DNA of 64,000 nt, taken from Antedon mediterranea. Its lineage: Eukaryota > Animalia > Echinodermata. Where the stretch lies: contig NC_092678.1 in NCBI RefSeq assembly GCF_964355755.1, positions 24,445,365 through 24,509,364 on the forward strand. The letters run 5' to 3'. This document shows, piece by piece, positions 58,201 through 64,000 of the stretch (its first letter is position 1; every line of letters begins with the position of its first letter). The notes under the pieces are model-generated. The model was not told where the DNA came from. It saw only the letters and a list, made by a program, of their open reading frames with translations, and did not search any database. A program made the translations under genes and the position numbers.

Positions 58201-58494
58201 TTATTAGTCACTGCTCATTCCTTATTAGTCACTGCTCATTCCTTATTAGTCACTGCTCATTCCTTATTAGTCACTGCTCATTCCTTATTAGTCACTGCTC
58301 ATTCCTTATTAGTCACTGCTCATTCCTTATTAGTCACTGCTCATTCCTTATTAGTCACTGCTCATTCCTTATTAGTCACTGCTCATTCCTTATTAGTCAC
58401 TGCTCATTCCTTATTAGTCACTGCTCATTCCTTATTAGTCACTGCTCATTCCTTATTAGTCACTGCTCATTCCTTATTAGTCACTGCTCATTCC
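58201..58494. repeat. 21-bp minisatellite, 14 copies
   Basis: TTATTAGTCACTGCTCATTCC. Confidence 0.97.
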
Positions 58495-61400
58495 TTTTTA
58501 AAAATGTATTTACAGTAGTTTATTCAAATGTCGTGGGTCTACGTTTTTCTGCTAGCATAGTTTAAGAAGTTGATGACATCGTCGCGCGCGTTCGACTGTT
58601 GGTAATATTACGGGTTTTGTACGCACGCTTTAACTTTTTTGTTTGTTTTATGACTGACAATCAAAGCCAACAACAACAAACAGTGTACGCATGCGTTATC
58701 TCAGTTGGACCTATTTGTCAGTTAGTAGTCTTTGTTTTTTTAATTAAAGTTTAAATGCAAACAAAATTTAAAAATTCACGATTTTCTCTAAATATCGCAT
58801 ATGAACAATTTTATGTTTGTGGTTTTAGAAATTGTCTTTACAATAGTTCATTTTGTTGTTAATAGGTTTCCCCCAAAACTTACAGAGCCTCCGCCCATTC
58901 ACGCTCCCGGAAATTTGATAAATTCTTGCTGTTGTGTTTACCAATTAATCGATAAGAAATTGATAACAACTTCTGTCAATCAGTACACTTTAAAATGGAA
59001 TAATATACCGGTATATCTACCGGTTAGTTTGCGTTCTATTAGTCATACTAGAGTGATTTTTGGAGAATAAAGAATCTTGCGTGCGAATAAAAAATGAAAT
59101 GGGTCGGACACGTACTCAGTCAGTCCGGGTTCTTTGTACTCTGTGTTTATGTCGGTAGGCTACTACGAACAATTCGCATATGATACGCGCGCGTACAAAC
59201 GTTGATAATGCTGGTACAGTACATCATTAGTACGAGTGCGTGTGAATATACAAATGATATTGTACTTTTAATATAAAAGGTTTCAGAGAAAGTACCATAT
59301 AAAGTATAAATATTTAATTTGTTTTCCAGTAAAAGTACAGTGCACCGTGTTACGTCATCAATTACGCATTAATTGATAGATGATCAATAATTCAAGACAT
59401 CTGAATCGGAAAACAGGAAAACTGACAAATTAAACAGTTACTTATTACCATAATCAAATTCCTTTGCATCAAACTGTACCATCCAATTAATTGAGAAAAC
59501 CCCGGTCGGCGGGAAAAAACCAATGATGTACTTTGCGTTCCAAATTGATTGACTTAATTTATTATACCATCTTTTAACTAGAATTTATAAAAAATGTAAA
59601 GTTATCGATAATGACAAGGTAAAAGGGCATCAGACCGAATAACGTTCATATATTTCGCCACTCTCTAGAGATTTGAACCGGAACCATCGATTTATGTGAT
59701 GTCATAACCGTTGGACCATCACTAACGTTGTTAAATTGTTCAATCATTTGACTGCTGCTTTAAGATTCACATGAATGGGATAATTACCTAAGACCTCTCG
59801 TGTTATCTTAAGGTAGCCTGGGAGTTTGGTGTTCCGTCAATGGGTGGGTGGTGGCTCTACCTCTATTATTCAAAATTCTAAATAATCAATTCCAATAATT
59901 AAAAGACGATCGTATGTTACTATGATTTCCCAAATGCTGTAATGTAATCAGCTATGTAACATTGTCAAGGAAATTTATATATAAAAGATAATTCAAACTT
60001 AAGTATAGAGAAAGGGGATTTTTCTACAAGATCTTATTCTTAGACAAAAATATCATTAAAACTAACAAATATCTTTAAACTAAACACACAGCGTAAGGGA
60101 AATGGATTTGAGACAAAAATGTACATGGAAGACTTAAAAAACCCAGAGGCCTATTATAATAATAATAATAATATAGGCCTACTTCTGTTTTCAAATTTCG
60201 ATTATCATTAGGCTTATATCAATATATCATTAATTATGCTAATTAGGTTATTCTAATTATAGCATGCCACTAATATTTAACAGTTTTAAATATATGCATG
60301 ATGTAGAATCCCCCAAGGGGTAATAATTCGTTTAAATATAGAATAATCCCATGAGAACATAAACAGGATTATTGCAGGCCTACCATTACTGTGTTTGTTT
60401 TTGTTTTTACTCTTGTAAATTGGACATCTATCTCTGTTATTAGTGTAAGGTTTTGTAAAACCCTGTGAAATATTTGTTTCAGAAAGGTGCTCCGCGTCAA
60501 AACAAGGTTGATTAACTTATAACGATTTTGAATGAGATGGGCCAAATGATGACGTAGTTTGCATCATGTAAACTAAATGCTATCTCAGGCTATCATCAGT
60601 CTACTTTATTCAACTTCAACACAACTAATAGTCCGAAGTAAACACATTTTATAAAAACGTTAACAGCAAAGAAAATCAACAACATCCCGCCGTGCGCACA
60701 CTAGTAAAAAGAATGTTTTCCACACGACCCGTCGCGACGTACAAAGAAAATATGATCTTCCCGCATATCAATAATGGCACGCACGCGTATCCTGCAAAGG
60801 GCATCTATTGACACAATGTTGCGTGTTAGTCACGATGTCTAAACCCAATATAATATTGTCATACACAATGCTTTACATAGACATGCCAGAATTGTTATAT
60901 ATATATAGAAATAAAATATGTGATACCCCTAGGCCTAGGTTACACAAAAAGATAACACCACTACATTATACTTCCTTGTCGTATATTTCGTCACGGTATG
61001 TAAACCATTTCGATCCAATCCTCCTCCCTCTCACACCCCTCCCCTCTCACATCCCTGCCCCTCACACATCCCTTCCCCTCTCACATCCCTGCCCCTCTCA
61101 TACCCCTCTCATCATTACAAATCATGCAAAATCTGTTCTTAACCCTTTGTTTTCACCGACGTTGTAAAATTCAAAGAATTTTGTTTTTGCGATTTTCTTT
61201 TGATTTGACGGGGATGATCTGGCGAGGAGGTCATGGCCGCGTTTTTCGTTGATCACTATAATCATCAAGTTTGAATCAAGAAAGCGGTAAACAGCTAAAC
61301 ATGTTCCTCTTCAGGTTCCTCCTCAATCGTCTTATAATGATACGTCGTCGTAATATCACACCATCATTGCATACTTTCACTTGTTTTCACAGTTGGTCTA

Positions 61401-64000
61401 TTTTCGTTCGAGTTGATTAGTAGCCTACATGCGCACCAAAGTATGACACAATTATAATTTCATTTTTGCCAAAATATTTTGGCTCTAGATTTTTTTCTAA
61501 AGTAAATATCCTGTATGATTATTAATATATTATCTTGTAAATATTTTGTCTATCTTCTTATTGAGTTATTTATGTTAACCATTTAAACGATGGACACAAA
61601 TTTTAATTGACCAATCATAAGCGACATATCCGCTGTTTGTGATTGGTAAATTTACTGAAGTTGTACAATTTTAATTTCTGAAAAATTACTTTAAAAAATG
61701 AAGATACAATTCAAATGGCTTCTACCACCAAAGATAGATATTTTTATTGAGTTCGTTACTACAAAGAAATCGTAGCATTTAGAGGCGTGCACACAAGGTT
61801 TTGCGTGGTTTAAATACTTTATTTTTGCTAAACGGGTTTTATAATGACTTGCTTATTTTTAAGTATATACTTATAATCAAAAATTATCTTTAAATCTGAA
61901 ATACAAAACAAACAAGCTGTACTATTAGTATTGCAAAATGCTACTTACATTTGACTTAAAGGTGGCTAAGTAAATATCAAATTATAAGCCTTATAGGGGC
62001 AGTTACGCCTTTTTACCCCTTTTTTATGTAAATAACAAATTAATGTTGATGTTGAAACATTTGTGAAGTATCTTCTGATTGATTTATAACGCATTGTATA
62101 AATTATAATGGGACGTTTTGACTGGCCGACGCATGTATGTGCGCGTAAACGCGTTACTAGGCACTGTGCGTGACAGACGAGGTCGGACTATTTCTTTAAC
62201 AACAAAGGGTTAAAAGTTCTTTATGGTCCTAGAAAAATGTAATCAGCCGAAAGATTGGAAAAATAGATTATACAAGGCAAAGTATTTATATAATAACAAA
62301 AGCTTTGAAATCAATCCCGGCTTTAAGCCTTTAGCCAAACCCCCGGACAATCTGTTTATTTTTAAATAAAAAGAAAAGAAAATAACATTTATTTGTCGTT
62401 TGTAACAAAATCTGGAAATGAATTATTGAATATGTAGACTTGGACTGTATGAGTTGGTTGCATGTCAACCTTGACTACTTTAACAATACATTTTGTTCTC
62501 AGGTCTTTATACGACCAACGGCCTATGCTACACTGATTATTATTATTAATCTAGCAACAAATATGTTAATCACTGGTATATTTGTACTATAACAAGATCC
62601 CGAAGCGCTTAAATATTAATAAAAGAATACCATCAAACGCTATCAATTAGTTATTGTCGACGACAGCATTGATTCTAATTCATTAAAGGTTAAACGTATA
62701 CCACTCGATCGAACACAGGTATCGCCGAATTGTTATATAGTGCGAGTAAAGACAGGTGATTTTAAAAAGTACTCAAATAAGCAAATATTTGATGACATTT
62801 TTGGCATATTTCTATGCATTCAGACTGTTAAACCAACAAACCTTAACGAACGAGCACGCTATGAACAAGATGAATAAGGTAAAAGTAAGTTTAAAATTGG
62901 CGGTAGAAAATAATATTAACGTAAAAACGTTGATAATCAACGTGTGCCAGTTTTGTCGGGGTGGGGTGAGGTGGGAGGGAGGGGGGATCAATTGATCGTG
63001 TCTCTTCAGAACCCGGATGCCACTTTCGATCTTTGAAACTACTTCACGAACGATACTTGCACGCGCATTTGAATACAAATATTGACAGTTATCAATGTTT
63101 AAAACCACACTGTGTGGTATTACGTCATTTATAGAATGTAGGGCGTATATTCAACGTTTACAATCAAACCTTCTTGTGTATGTCCGTTGAACACCTTTGC
63201 TTCCGGAATATATTTGGTTAATTCGTTAAATTTGATTCTATAATTGATCGATTGAGATCGCTTCTTCAGATCTTGTAGATGTTCAGCGCGGATCAATCAT
63301 CAAATTGTCCGCGTCTTCGTCCAATAGATGGCTACCTTATTATAGAATAATGAAAATGAATTTGTTCATCTGGGAATTTAGTGTCAAATGAACTTATTTA
63401 CCACCTTTGCCAAGTTGAAAAATCAATTATGTAATATTTAGAAGACAAAATAACTTTAACCTATTTGCAATGTTGGGATAACAAGTTTATTTTTTTACAT
63501 ATTTTTTAAGAATAGGGAAATGAACCCATAAAATACAAAGTTTAGAATTCGTTTTGTTAATATAATATTGATAGACAAAAGCAAATTGTATGAACCGAAA
63601 ATTATATGAAACAGATAAAAGCACGCGCGCGTACGCAATCGTGTTATCCTTCACGCACTTTCACCCTTTAAGTAGGCGAATGCGTGGGAAGAACGTATTG
63701 GTAATCTTAGATTACGTAAAAGATACCGCGAGTGATTTTAAATTCTTTGCCGTGAAGTATATTGATTAACAATCAGCTTAAACAATCACTTCAGGAAACA
63801 TGATCGGTTATCGATTGAATGATACGTATTGATATTGACCAATATGCCCACGTGTTTACCAATTGTTGAATTCTTGGCGTATCGATTCGGAAAATTCGAA
63901 AAAAGAAACAAATATAAAGCGATAAGATATCGTAAACAAGTGAATATGAACGTTATAAAGTCACGCGATCATTGCAATTTATGATATCAATAACAACACG

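Noticed and set aside
58107-58565. (SHCSFLI)n ORF
   Set aside because: Perfect 21-bp tandem repeat with no synonymous variation.

Overview
AT-rich, intron-containing eukaryotic DNA from an animal, most likely a marine invertebrate; an echinoderm is a guess based on the repeat types, not established. I reconstructed two complete + strand genes exon by exon, and the splice phases close correctly in both. (1) An amidase-signature amidase: 11 coding exons, 1648-8291, about 523 aa, with the Ser-cisSer-Lys triad plus the CX3C motif of bacterial/archaeal amide+nitrile-cleaving amidases. (2) MCM10: 18 coding exons, 9408-49576, about 928 aa, with an E2F-type promoter site and one GC-AG intron. Unusually, this MCM10 has two classical C2H2 zinc fingers just ahead of the OB-fold domain. 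Its last two long introns contain a chain of antisense exon-like blocks with stops in all frames (pseudogene or lncRNA). Introns also hold several MITE families, tRNA-derived SINEs (one family Deu/Nin-domain-like), a hAT remnant and many minisatellites, and an RTE remnant lies just downstream of MCM10. One minisatellite multiplies an amidase splice donor 15 times, and another is a 9x array of CArG boxes. The 53-64 kb part is CpG-richer with no confident gene. There are no prokaryotic systems or CRISPR arrays. All coordinates and translations were read by eye; family assignments rest on remembered motifs, not searches.
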